Assembly (NCBI RefSeq): GCF_964204645.1
Contig: NC_134031.1
Span: 14,123,807 to 14,187,806 of the forward strand
Length of the DNA: 64,000 nucleotides
Direction of reading: 5' to 3'
Source of the DNA: Tubulanus polymorphus
Lineage: Eukaryota > Animalia > Nemertea
Below are positions 53,201-63,694 of this stretch, one piece after another (the first letter of the stretch is position 1; every line of letters starts with the position of its first letter). The position numbers and the translations under genes are program-made. The notes beneath the pieces were generated by a model. That model worked only from the letters and a program-made list of their open reading frames with translations, ran no database searches and was not told the origin of the DNA.

Positions 53201-53225
53201 ACCGTACCTAAAACACAAGGATTGA
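47279..53225 (+). pseudogene. PHD finger + USP (C19)-like peptidase + NOF/MULE-like transposase, degenerate, split by a piggyBac
   Basis: PHD YCYC...MVECDYC.KWYH..C...CSRC; Cys box GIENIKNTCWLISAIQAF; CQHC...LPKTL; His box SAVIVHRG...SGHYVTY...FGD; transposase-like IYYDLTGS, PLAIAEMIT, ISADRS, CCHLMK, IPLWSNML.GDL.RH. Confidence 0.7.
50223..52731 (+). mobile_element. piggyBac transposon (degenerate transposase 50698-52466)
   Basis: CCCTGTGCGTAC / GTATGCGTAGGG ends; SIDEIMVAFKG, FSDNYFT, YNENMGGLD, C-terminal Cys-rich domain; palindromic TGATGCACCGGTGCATCA-like internal repeats. Confidence 0.88.
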
Positions 53226-53445
53226 TTGAAGAATTTCGGAAAGATGTCAAAGGTTTGATGACCAATTATATTTGCTGGTGACCGGATGTATTTGATTCTA
53301 AAGCCAAAGATTTCCATGTATCCAGGTGGATTGGTATCCAGGTTGTATTGTTCTGTCTTAAGACTCAATAAATTTCTTGTATCTTGTAGGTAAACGAGGT
53401 TGTTTTTCGAATCGCTATTTACGATTTCTTACTCTTCTTAGTATG

Positions 53446-55144
53446 AACAAGAGGCCCATGGGCCTTGAAGCATTGGTAGATTATACCGTGGTATTGAGTG
53501 GTTATAATGTTTTACATCTGCCGGCAAATCTTCTATGACGATGTTGATTGGGTGGACCACAGACTTAAAGGTCTTTTTGTCTAGTACGATTTTATTCCTG
53601 AAAATGAATTTATTTTCTGCCGAACGATTTAGCCTAGGCTATTTGTGCTGTTAAACCTCATTAATGCGATTCTGTTAAAAAGACGAAACTAGTTTATTCT
53701 GATGTTATCCATCATGTTCCAGCCAAGATATTTATATCAATAAAGATTTGGATACGAAAACCCATTCCTACGCATGAACTGTTAGGCCCCACTGAATAAT
53801 GAAAACATAAACAGAACGATTTTTCTGATTGCAATTGCAAGACCCTCTGATCTTGAGCTCCAAGCTCTGATGCATGTACGCATGCAAAACGTCGCAGAGA
53901 GCAATGCCGGCGTTGGTGTCACTGGGGCCGGCTGATGATTGTTTGCTTGGCTTTACGTACGTCGTTTGGATCTTGGTTTCCCAAGACTATTCCTATTGGA
54001 TTGTTCATTTAACCTCACGACGGTACGGCCTTTGAAGTGTTGCTCGCACACTGTTCGCAGCCAGCAGGACTCGAACCCACTCGTCACTCAGCATTGATAG
54101 TGGATTCAACAGCATCACGCCTTATCTCACTGAGCTACCGAGGCCGCTCGACTTAATTCCAAAAAAACTACAGCAGCGGCAAATAACCATCGCGTGTTGC
54201 AATTAACGACAAACAACGCGTAAATTCAATCACTGTTGTTTAACGCGTGGAAAAGTTAATAAAAGGTTTTTTTCCCGGCAGGCATTACAAAGCGAATCTC
54301 TGCCGAGTGCGTAAGAGGGTGCTACCGCCTTATGAGTGTGCAGCAGGCGGGTAGGGCATCCTAAAGTGAAAACTTATATTAGAATATAGCCGAATCGAAT
54401 TTCACAATGTCAGTCAACTGATTGATGATACTACATGGTTGTTCTCGGCGTTCTTAACAATGATATTTCCTCCAATAAACAACTCTGGTAAAATTGAATA
54501 AAATGATCTATCTTTATTGGTGATATCGTATCATGGTGGTAGCCTACCGTTTACCGTTTGATGTTTCGTGTCATCATGAAATGGTTTTAACTTTAGTAAA
54601 GACGTTCCCGCAAGATCACATACGGGTTTCAGTCACGAGTAGGCTGCCGTTCCACTGCTCTAGAAATACGTATTCTGACGCCAAGAATTAATCCCAAATA
54701 ATCCCATGGATACTGATAGTTGGAATCGCAGTGATATCCAAACACTGTGATATTTATAAACCAGAGGTACATAATCTTATGTTTTTCCATTCGGAAGAGG
54801 CTCTTACCCATTCTTTACTGCCAATGTCAATGCGGACATATCGCTACGCGATTGTTTAACCCACTCTCATCTACCAGATAATGAATGAGAAAAATGCGAT
54901 CGAATATGCGATCGAATAACTTTTTGGACCATTAAATCAGAAATCAGGCAACGCTTTGTTGTGGGGAATAATTGAAACATTTTTTTTAATCATTTTCAGC
55001 TGTTTCTAATGTTTTACATGAACAGAGTGACAGTTTGAAGTTACTATTAACATGAGAAGAGTCGGCGCTGTTTTTTCGTACTACTATTTTCGATCCATTT
55101 TACTAGCATTGGCATGACGTCATAGACGTCAACCAATGCTAAAA
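53446..55144 (-). mobile_element. HINE-type Helentron non-autonomous element
   Basis: AACAAGAGGCCCATGGGCCT palindrome + AGCATTGGT; other end AGCATTGG...ACCAATGCTAAAA hairpin/subTIR. Confidence 0.7.
54056..54144 (-). other. tRNA-derived Pol III head (SINE-like or tRNA pseudogene)
   Basis: Minus strand GCCTCGGTAGCTCAGTGAG (A box) ... GGTTCGAGTCC (B box); cloverleaf is poor. Confidence 0.55.
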
Positions 55145-55509
55145 ATTAAATCAAGCCGCAGAGACGAAGCGAATTATACCGGTGCGAGTAATTACATGCT
55201 ATTGTCATCACTTCCGATACGTCACTATTCACAGATTTAGGCGAAAGGATTAACTGGAGAGAACCCAGAAAAAACCCCAACAAGAAATAAATTAAAACAA
55301 ATCATTAATAGGATGGGAAAATCACCTCATAGGGAGGGCATGTAATTACTCGCACCGGTATAATTCGGAGAATTATAGTCAAACTTCAACTTACAGGTAA
55401 GTTTCGTTTAACTCTCAAATTCTCCTGCATTATACCTAATGCTCGTAATTCCATGAGATTTCAAAGCATCCTAATTGCCTAAATAAATTCATACTTTGAA
55501 CAAGAATAA

Positions 55510-56480
55510 TCAAAGATGAGAATCTAAAACAGTAGACGCAAACTGCTGAGCTGAGTGGAGTTGAATTGGCTTATGATAATAAGTCGCAAAAGTCTTCTCA
55601 CATGACCATCCAACCGCGTTCATAATAGTCAAAATTGGAACAGTCTTAGCTGCAGCTGACGCCGACGCCGATCTCGTTGAATGGGCCAAATATCGGGCAA
55701 TATCAATACCAGCTGCTCGTAACACACTTTTGATCCGATTTGATAAAGTCTGGCTCGACGCACTTGTATAAGGCTTTCTAGTTATGATCAAGAAACCATC
55801 ATCTCCTTCGCATCGCAAATCTCGAGTTACATGAAGATATGTTTTAATACAACGAAAAACACAGATTCGTTCATCTGACGTATATTCATAAAACGAAATA
55901 GGTTCTATAACCTTTCCTGGCCGATCTTGTTTTTGCTTAATAAACGAAAAGCAAAATCATCGCAGATTTTCACATTCGAAATAGATAATTGTTGTAAAAC
56001 ATTATACCGCTTTCCCGATAATAATGACATAAGCATTAAGGTCTTTTTCGTCAGATTGGATAGACATAAGTCTTCTAGAGGTTCGATAGTCTTAAGAAAC
56101 CGTAAAACAATTCCAACATCCCACGTTTGATCATAACGAGGAGTAGGCGGTCTATTTTCAAACACCCCTTTCAATAATCTTGTAACGATAGGGTGCGAAC
56201 CAATGTTCACATGTGCTGACGCAAAGCAAAAAGTCGAAATCGCAGATCTTGCTGTGTTAATCGCACTATAAGAAAGCCCTCTTCTAAACAAAGAGCTTAA
56301 AATTTCAGCCAGCTATTCTGGCTCAGGAGAAGTAAAAATTGAAACCGTTATCAAATGCAAAATTAACCCATTGTTTATAATATACCTCATATTGGTCCCG
56401 CGTAGACTGTCGAAGCGACGAAATAATCAAATTAACAGTTTGTTGCGACAATCCTCTTGCCTTTAAATTCGACTTAAAAC
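55510..56480 (-). pseudogene. DIRS tyrosine recombinase (frameshifted)
   Basis: LSYSAINTARSAIS, HPIVTRLLKGVF..RPP.PRY..TWDV, HSTR...Y catalytic motifs. Confidence 0.85.
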
Positions 56481-56957
56481 TAAACACCCGTAAACTCATT
56501 CCGTCGTAAATCGCGTGACGTCGACTCAAGTCTTGCGGTAACTGCAACAGATCTGCTCTACAAGAAAGAATGAGATTCGATTTACTCATTGCCATCTATT
56601 TCGGAAACCAAGGTTGAGTTGGCCAATTTGGCTTAACAATAATACCATGTGAACCTTCTGATTTAATCTTAGAAAGACATTTTGCTATGAGATTAAATGG
56701 CGGAAAAGCATACGAAAACCAAACTTTCCATGACCATCCACGGCCAAAGCCTCTGGATCAGGGTTCCAAGACACAAAAGCCTTGACTTGTTTGTTGATAC
56801 GTGTAGCAAATAGATCTATCTCTGGTAATCCAAAATGAGATACTATGTATCGAAAATCTAATGGATTTAACATCCACTCTTTATTTGAAGCCTTTTCTCT
56901 AGAAATTAAATCTGCATCAAAATTGCTAACTCCACTAATATGAGTAGCTGTAGTCCA

Positions 56958-57505
56958 TGTAGTGTTCAATTGTGTAATTTGTAACAGTTAATTTTGCTCT
57001 AGCTAGTGGCGCCCTCATGCGGTATTTCTTTGTACTAAAAGTTAAGATGGTATCCATGTGATTGCAATTTTAAGACAGTTTTAGTTTTTACGTTTGTTTC
57101 TGCCAAATTTATGTTAGATCAATCCCAAAACGTCTGTAAGTACATAGCAGAATATCTTCTAAATGTGTATTAATATTCAGTAATCAGTAACTATAGTTTA
57201 ATGTGCTTTAAATCAGTCGCGAAAGTTTATTAAATTTAATTATTGAGTACGTGACTTCCGGTAAAGATTGAAGACATTTTTTTTTTTACTTTCGATATTA
57301 ATTTCCTATGTTGCAATATTCTTATAGTGTAATATTGTTTATTTTATTAGAAACCAACAACAACATATGTAAAGAACGACGACAAGATATGTCAAGAACA
57401 ACACAAGATTAAGTTGATTCAAGAATAAAAAGTCAAAGAGTTGCGTTTAAACCAAGAAGATTGTTGCGTTAAGTTTATTTGCAAGATTCAAGATTGGCAG
57501 TTACA
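56958..57505 (+). repeat. 5' LTR
   Basis: Differs from the 3' LTR at only 2 positions by eye. Confidence 0.95.
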
Positions 57506-57527
57506 AAAGTTTAGACGGAGACTAAAG

Positions 57528-60500
57528 ATGACGGAAGAACTGAAATTGAAGAAAACTACAAGTAAGACAATACAGGAAGAAGATGCTGACTCCACGATTA
57601 AGTACGGTGACCTCACCCGTGACCTTGATGCATCAGACTCAGTAAGTCAGTGTTCAAGTACATCCTCGATACGTTTAAAGCTGTTAGAAGAAGAAGCTAC
57701 CAGACGTAGCCTAGAAACTAAGTTGCTGAAAGCCAAAGAACAGCAACAACTTCAGCGAGAAAAATTACGTCTCGAACTTAAACATAAAGAACAGCTCCTA
57801 GAGCTCGATGCTGCTGCGGCATTGCTACAAATCGAATCAGAACTGGAACAGTCGGCTGTAAGGCAGCATGTATATAACGAAGCAGATTGTGACAACGACG
57901 GTGCGCCGAGATCATCGAAACCAATTCTTAGTTCCAGTCAAACCGAAACAAAGGTGCCGCCACTATCGGCCGAAGCACGTGAGTGGTATCCGCAGAATGT
58001 TAACTCAAGAAGTGACATGAGTAATATGATGTCTTGCGTAGAACAAATGTTTTCGCACCAAGAGCAGAGTAATCTTGAATTAACTCTTCCGAAACCAGAG
58101 ATGCCCACTTTCGATGGCAATCCGATCGATTATTACCCGTTCATCTCTGCATATGAAAATCTTATTGCATCGAAAACTCAAAATGCAAGTACACGTTTAT
58201 ATATGTTACAACAGTATACGAAGGGTGAAGCCAACGAAGTAGTGAAAGCATTCTTAACCAATGAACCAAATGTTGGTCTCGCCAATGCGCTCGACGCCTT
58301 AAAAAGGCATTATGGCCAGAATTACCGGATCGCAACTGCGTATATCGACAAGGTTACGAATGGCCCTCCAATACGTTCCGAAGACGGAGCAAGTCTCCAG
58401 AAGCTATCTGTGATATTAAATTCTTGTGCGAATGTCCTAAGTCAAATTGGTTACGTGAGTAAAATAGAGAATCCAGACTTTATGCGTCGTTTGATCTACA
58501 GACTGCCTTACGACATGCGAAAGAGATGGCGTACGAAAGCAGATTACATCACGAACCTTGAACGAGAAATAACAATATCAGACATCGCTAGTTTTATTGA
58601 ACATGAAGCACGAGTTCATACTCATCCGATATTCGGGGACATTAATGACTCGAAAGATAAATCGAAACAGAATCATCCGATAAAAAAGAAAACATTTACT
58701 ACGAACGCTGAAGAAATATACTCTAAGGACTCACGAAAGAACTGTGTTTATTGTAGTGAAAATCACTGGCTTGATCAGTGTAAAATATTTTTAGACAAAT
58801 CAGTTGAAGATCGTCGTAAGTTTGCTCGTGAAAAGGCGCTATGCTATAATTGTATGAAGATGAAGCACAGAGCTAGGACATGTCGTAGTCAAGCATCGTG
58901 TCGTACATGTGGCAAACGCCATCATAGTCTGCTGCATACAGAACAGCCTCCACCCCTGAAGAATGCTTTTGTAAGAAATCCAGTTCCTGGAACAGTAAAG
59001 CTACCTATAGTACCAGTTTTGCTGAAAGCTAATGATTGTCAGCTAACAACGTACGCGCTACTCGACAGCGGCTCAACAGTTTCATTCTGTACCGAGAGCT
59101 TGATAGATCGTCTTAAAATTCCTGCTGAGTATAAACGCTATCAGCTGAGCACTTTAGGAAGGGTTGAGACTGTTGAGTGTCGGGAAATATCAATCAATGT
59201 CTATAGTTTGGATGGGTGCAGTTCTCTTCAGCTGCGGAACATGCTATCTACACCGTCCTTACCAATCTCGAAGAATGACATGGTATGTCAAGACGAAGTC
59301 AACAAGTGGCCCCACCTGGATGGCTTTACAGTCTCAAACATCGACTCTCGTGTGGAGCTGCTGATAGGTAACGACAATCCAGCTGCATTGGAACCAATAG
59401 AAGAACGGAAACCGGCTAACAGCAACGGTCCATTTGCTGTACGTACACAGTTCGGCTGGACAGTATATGGTACAGCCCAGCCATATGAAGCGATCAACAA
59501 AGGTTCAGTTAATCTAGTCAAAGGCAGCGATGATGAACTTAATCAGAGATTCCGTGAATTCTGCAATCGTGAATTCAGCGACGCATTTACTGATGCTTCA
59601 GCTATGTCAGTGGATGACAAGAAAGCTCTCTCAGCGATCGAGAGTACAGCTGTTATGAGAGAAAATCATTACGAGGTAGGGTTACCATGGAAATACCCTC
59701 CTTCAGAATTGGTCAACAATAGAGTTATGGCCGAACACAGATTGAATCTACTGAAGGGTCGTCTCCTAAAAAATGAAGGATTACAAGCTAAGTATACAAA
59801 ATATATTGATCGTCTGTTGGAGCTCGGATTCGCCGAACAAGTCCCAGTTGAAGAAGTTGTATCCCCATATGTCTGGTACTTGCCTCACCACCCAGTATGG
59901 CATCCGCGGAAACCAGACAAGCTTAGAGTGGTATTCGACTGTTCAGCTAAATATCAGGGTAGATCACTAAACGACATGCTGTATCAGGGACCAGATCTCA
60001 CTAATTCCTTGATTGGTGTATTAAGTCGCTTCCGACAGGAACATGTCGCATTCATTGGAGACATAGAGAGCATGTTTCACCAGGTGAATGTTGAAGAACG
60101 AGATCGAAACGCGTTACGCTTCCTGTGGTGGCCAGACCACGATATTGAACAGCCACCTATTGACCACCGTATGAAGGTTCACATCTTCGGAGCAGCCTCA
60201 TCACCAAGTGTTTGTAACTATGCTCTACATAGGACAGCAGACGACAACAGAGCGGACTTCGCCGCAGATATAGTTGAAACGGTACATCGAAACTTTTACG
60301 TGGACGATTGTCTCAGGTCTGTGGAATCGTCTCAAGCTGCCACAACAATGAATAATCAGTTAAGCTGTCTATTGTCAAGAGGTGGATTTCGACTGACTAA
60401 GTTTGCTTCAAATTCGAGAGAAGTTGTCGAACATATTCCACCAGAAGAACGAGCACCCCCTCTGCGCGAATTGGGTGATCATGATCTGCCTGGTGACCGC

Positions 60501-62930
60501 GTCCTCGGCGTCTGGTGGGACATGGAAACTGATACGCTACGTTTTAAAGTGAATATTAAGCCACAACCTGTTACTCGACGTGGGATGTTGTCTGTAGTCA
60601 GTGCTATTTACGATCCGCTCGGACTTGCTTCGCCATTACTGCTACCAGCGAAGGTCATATCTCAACACCTGTGTAAGTCCGGACTAGGTTGGGATGACAA
60701 AGTACCCGCGAATTATGAACGTGAGTGGAGTAATTGGCTGCAAGACCTACCCCTGCTGGAAGAGTTCTCAGTCCCAAGATGTATTAGACCTGCTAATTTT
60801 GGTCGCGCGACTTCAACACAGCTTCATCATTTTGCAGACGCATCTGAGAAAGGATTCGGTGCAGTTTCATACGTACGTCTTATTAATGAAAATGGGCACA
60901 TACATTCTGCATTCTTAGCGTCAAGGTCGAGATTGGCCCCACTCAAGGTGATGTCAATACCACGTCTCGAGCTGTCTGCAGCAGTATTAGCAGTGAAACT
61001 AGATCGTATGCTTCGCGAAGAACTCGACCTGGATATCGACAACTCCACATTCTGGTCCGACAGCCAGGCTGTCTTGAAGTACATCAGCAATACGAGTAGT
61101 CGTTTCAAGGTATTCGTCGCAAACAGGTTATCAATTATCCAAGAAGGTTCAAATCCAGAGCAATGGAGATACATACCGGGGGTTTTAAACCCAGCCGATG
61201 AAGTCTCTCGAGGACTCACTGCTCAGCAATTCCTGCAAAATGACAGATGGGTTGCTGGGCCAGAGTTTCTACGAAAACAAGAAAGCGAATGGCCTCGACA
61301 AGAATTCGGAAATCACGATGTATCAATAGAAGATACAGAAGTTAAAAAGACATTTGTTTCAAAGGACTTGGAAATCAACTCATCGTCAACCAGCGTGCTG
61401 CTAAACATAGCAGATAGATCTTCAACGTGGCATAAGGCCAAAATTGTAGCGGCGTTGGTTATGCGTTTTATAGCAAGACTGAAACAATCTGTCTCTAAAC
61501 GGAAGGGACTAAATACTGCAGCTCAAGGTACCGCATACAAACATATAACTGTACCCGAATTGAGAGCTGCCGAAAGCGCCATTGTTGAAGCTGTACAGCG
61601 TAAAGTTTACAGTAAAGAAATGGAAAGACTGGAGCAGAACAGAACGACAGATAGACGTAAATATCGCAAATTCGTTAAGAAGACTAGTGTACTTCGGCGT
61701 CTAAACCCCATAGTGGTAAATGGACAGCTGAGAGTTGGTGGACGTCTGTCTTACTCAACAGTGAACGAGGACCAGAAGCATCCTTTAATCCTTCCACCAA
61801 ATGAACATGTAACTAAGCTTATTATCCGCCATTACCATCGTTATAGGGCTGGACATTCCGGTCGAAACCACGCTCTGTCACTTGTACGCGAGAAGTATTG
61901 GATAGTCCACGGTATGTCAGCAGTATATCGTATTCTGAGGGACTGCATTGACTGCAAAAAGAGACAAGGTCTTCCAGGTCAACAAATGATGGCGGACTTA
62001 CCACCTGAAAGGCTAGTCGCTGATAAACCGCCTTTTTCGAACGTCGGAATTGATTATTTTGGTCCGTATTTGGTAAAGATCGGCAGAAGTCAAGTAAAGC
62101 GATATGGCTGTATTTTTACCTGTATGTCATCGCGAGCAGTCCACTTGGAAATCGCTAATTCTATGGACACCTCTGCGTTCATAAATGCTCTGAGACGTTT
62201 CATAGCCAGGAGGGGCAACCCGGAGTGTATAAGAAGTGATAATGGAGACTTTACTGGAGCTCAACGAGAATTACGTGATTCAATAGCTGGGTGGAACCAG
62301 GAGAAAATCGAAGGATTCATGCTCCAGCGCGAAATTACGTGGGAATTTAATCCGCCAAGTGGATCGCACTTCGGTGGCGTATGGGAGCGTTGCATAAGAA
62401 CAGTTCGAAAGGTGCTTAATGCGTTGTTAAGCCAACAAGTGTTAAACGACGAGAATTTGTCCACTCTTATGTGCGAAGTGGAATCTGCAATTAACTCGCG
62501 TCCACTTACCGCGATTTCTGGAGATGTCAGTGACTTACAGGCCCTAACGCCTAATCATATCTTGCTCTTGCGCGCCGGAGGCACCATGCCGCCAGGTGTC
62601 TTTAAACCTACTGATATGTATATAAAGAGAAAGTGGCGTCAAGTACAGTATCTTGCCAATACGTTTTGGCGACATTGGGTTAAAGAGTATTTGCCTGTGT
62701 TACAGGAGCGCCAGCGATGGCAAAAGCCGAGCGTCAATTTTAGCGTTGGTGACATTGTTTTAGTGATGGACCACACACTCCCTAGGTGTTGTTGGCCGCT
62801 AGGCCGAGTTATTAGCGTACATCCGGGAAAGGACAATAAAGTCAGGGTTGTTACCTTGAAGACAAGGTCGCAAAATTCTCTTGTACGCCCAGTTGATAAA
62901 CTTGTGCACCTCGAGTGTGTACATAAGTAA
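57528..62930 (+). CDS. BEL/Pao Gag-Pol polyprotein (~1800 aa from ATG 57528)
   Basis: Gag with three Cys/His knuckles, protease LLDSGS, RT YLPHH/FYVDD, RNase H FADAS/IPRLEL, integrase GIDYFGP/SDNG/WER, DUF5641-like tail; open frame. Confidence 0.95.
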   Translation: MTEELKLKKTTSKTIQEEDADSTIKYGDLTRDLDASDSVSQCSSTSSIRLKLLEEEATRRSLETKLLKAKEQQQLQREKLRLELKHKEQLLELDAAAALLQIESELEQSAVRQHVYNEADCDNDGAPRSSKPILSSSQTETKVPPLSAEAREWYPQNVNSRSDMSNMMSCVEQMFSHQEQSNLELTLPKPEMPTFDGNPIDYYPFISAYENLIASKTQNASTRLYMLQQYTKGEANEVVKAFLTNEPNVGLANALDALKRHYGQNYRIATAYIDKVTNGPPIRSEDGASLQKLSVILNSCANVLSQIGYVSKIENPDFMRRLIYRLPYDMRKRWRTKADYITNLEREITISDIASFIEHEARVHTHPIFGDINDSKDKSKQNHPIKKKTFTTNAEEIYSKDSRKNCVYCSENHWLDQCKIFLDKSVEDRRKFAREKALCYNCMKMKHRARTCRSQASCRTCGKRHHSLLHTEQPPPLKNAFVRNPVPGTVKLPIVPVLLKANDCQLTTYALLDSGSTVSFCTESLIDRLKIPAEYKRYQLSTLGRVETVECREISINVYSLDGCSSLQLRNMLSTPSLPISKNDMVCQDEVNKWPHLDGFTVSNIDSRVELLIGNDNPAALEPIEERKPANSNGPFAVRTQFGWTVYGTAQPYEAINKGSVNLVKGSDDELNQRFREFCNREFSDAFTDASAMSVDDKKALSAIESTAVMRENHYEVGLPWKYPPSELVNNRVMAEHRLNLLKGRLLKNEGLQAKYTKYIDRLLELGFAEQVPVEEVVSPYVWYLPHHPVWHPRKPDKLRVVFDCSAKYQGRSLNDMLYQGPDLTNSLIGVLSRFRQEHVAFIGDIESMFHQVNVEERDRNALRFLWWPDHDIEQPPIDHRMKVHIFGAASSPSVCNYALHRTADDNRADFAADIVETVHRNFYVDDCLRSVESSQAATTMNNQLSCLLSRGGFRLTKFASNSREVVEHIPPEERAPPLRELGDHDLPGDRVLGVWWDMETDTLRFKVNIKPQPVTRRGMLSVVSAIYDPLGLASPLLLPAKVISQHLCKSGLGWDDKVPANYEREWSNWLQDLPLLEEFSVPRCIRPANFGRATSTQLHHFADASEKGFGAVSYVRLINENGHIHSAFLASRSRLAPLKVMSIPRLELSAAVLAVKLDRMLREELDLDIDNSTFWSDSQAVLKYISNTSSRFKVFVANRLSIIQEGSNPEQWRYIPGVLNPADEVSRGLTAQQFLQNDRWVAGPEFLRKQESEWPRQEFGNHDVSIEDTEVKKTFVSKDLEINSSSTSVLLNIADRSSTWHKAKIVAALVMRFIARLKQSVSKRKGLNTAAQGTAYKHITVPELRAAESAIVEAVQRKVYSKEMERLEQNRTTDRRKYRKFVKKTSVLRRLNPIVVNGQLRVGGRLSYSTVNEDQKHPLILPPNEHVTKLIIRHYHRYRAGHSGRNHALSLVREKYWIVHGMSAVYRILRDCIDCKKRQGLPGQQMMADLPPERLVADKPPFSNVGIDYFGPYLVKIGRSQVKRYGCIFTCMSSRAVHLEIANSMDTSAFINALRRFIARRGNPECIRSDNGDFTGAQRELRDSIAGWNQEKIEGFMLQREITWEFNPPSGSHFGGVWERCIRTVRKVLNALLSQQVLNDENLSTLMCEVESAINSRPLTAISGDVSDLQALTPNHILLLRAGGTMPPGVFKPTDMYIKRKWRQVQYLANTFWRHWVKEYLPVLQERQRWQKPSVNFSVGDIVLVMDHTLPRCCWPLGRVISVHPGKDNKVRVVTLKTRSQNSLVRPVDKLVHLECVHK

Positions 62931-63146
62931 CTTTGTAACAATTTGTATTAATTTGTAATTTTAAAGAGCGTAAACAGAATTTCTTAAGATAAGCCTATAG
63001 TGGTTTAATGTTAAGCTGGTTATGTGATGTTTTTTTTGATAATTTTGTAGTTTGTAGTACTAAGGTTTTTTGGTTTTATAAGCATAAGGCTAGTTTTTTA
63101 AATTTTTTGTTTTAAGCGCCCTACGTGCCCTTAAGGAGGTGGGTGA

Positions 63147-63694
63147 TGTAGTGTTCAATTGTGTAATTTGTAACAGTTAATTTTGCTCTAGCTAGTGGCG
63201 CCCTCATGCGGTATTTCTTTGTACTAAAAGTTAAGATGGTATCCATGTGATTGCAATTTTAAGACAGTTTTAGTTTTTACGTTTGTTTCTGCCAAATTTA
63301 TGTTAGATCAATCCCAAAACGTCTGTAAGTACATAGCAGAATATCTTCTAAATGTGTATTAATATTCAGTAATCAGTAACTATAGTTTAATGTGCTTTAA
63401 ATCAGTCGCGAAAGTTTATTAAATTTAATTATTGAGTACGTGACTTCCGGTAAAGATGGAAGACATTTTTTTTTTTACTTTCGATATTAATTTCCTATGT
63501 TGCAATATTCTTATAGTGTAATATTGTTTATTTTATTAGAAACCAACAACAACATATGTAAAGAACGACAACAAGATATGTCAAGAACAACACAAGATTA
63601 AGTTGATTCAAGAATAAAAAGTCAAAGAGTTGCGTTTAAACCAAGAAGATTGTTGCGTTAAGTTTATTTGCAAGATTCAAGATTGGCAGTTACA
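63147..63694 (+). repeat. 3' LTR
   Basis: Direct repeat of 56958-57505. Confidence 0.95.

Larger units (their letters stand above)
56958..63694 (+). mobile_element. Full-length BEL/Pao LTR retrotransposon
   Basis: 548-bp TG...CA LTRs (56958-57505, 63147-63694); GTCCA TSD; purine-rich tract GGAGGTGGGTGA before the 3' LTR. Confidence 0.97.

Noticed and set aside
57441-57527. ORF start at TTG 57441
   Set aside because: Lies inside the LTR; ATG 57528 is the plausible start.
57938-62941. Short antisense and alternate-frame ORFs within BEL pol
   Set aside because: No recognisable motifs; expected shadows of a long ORF.
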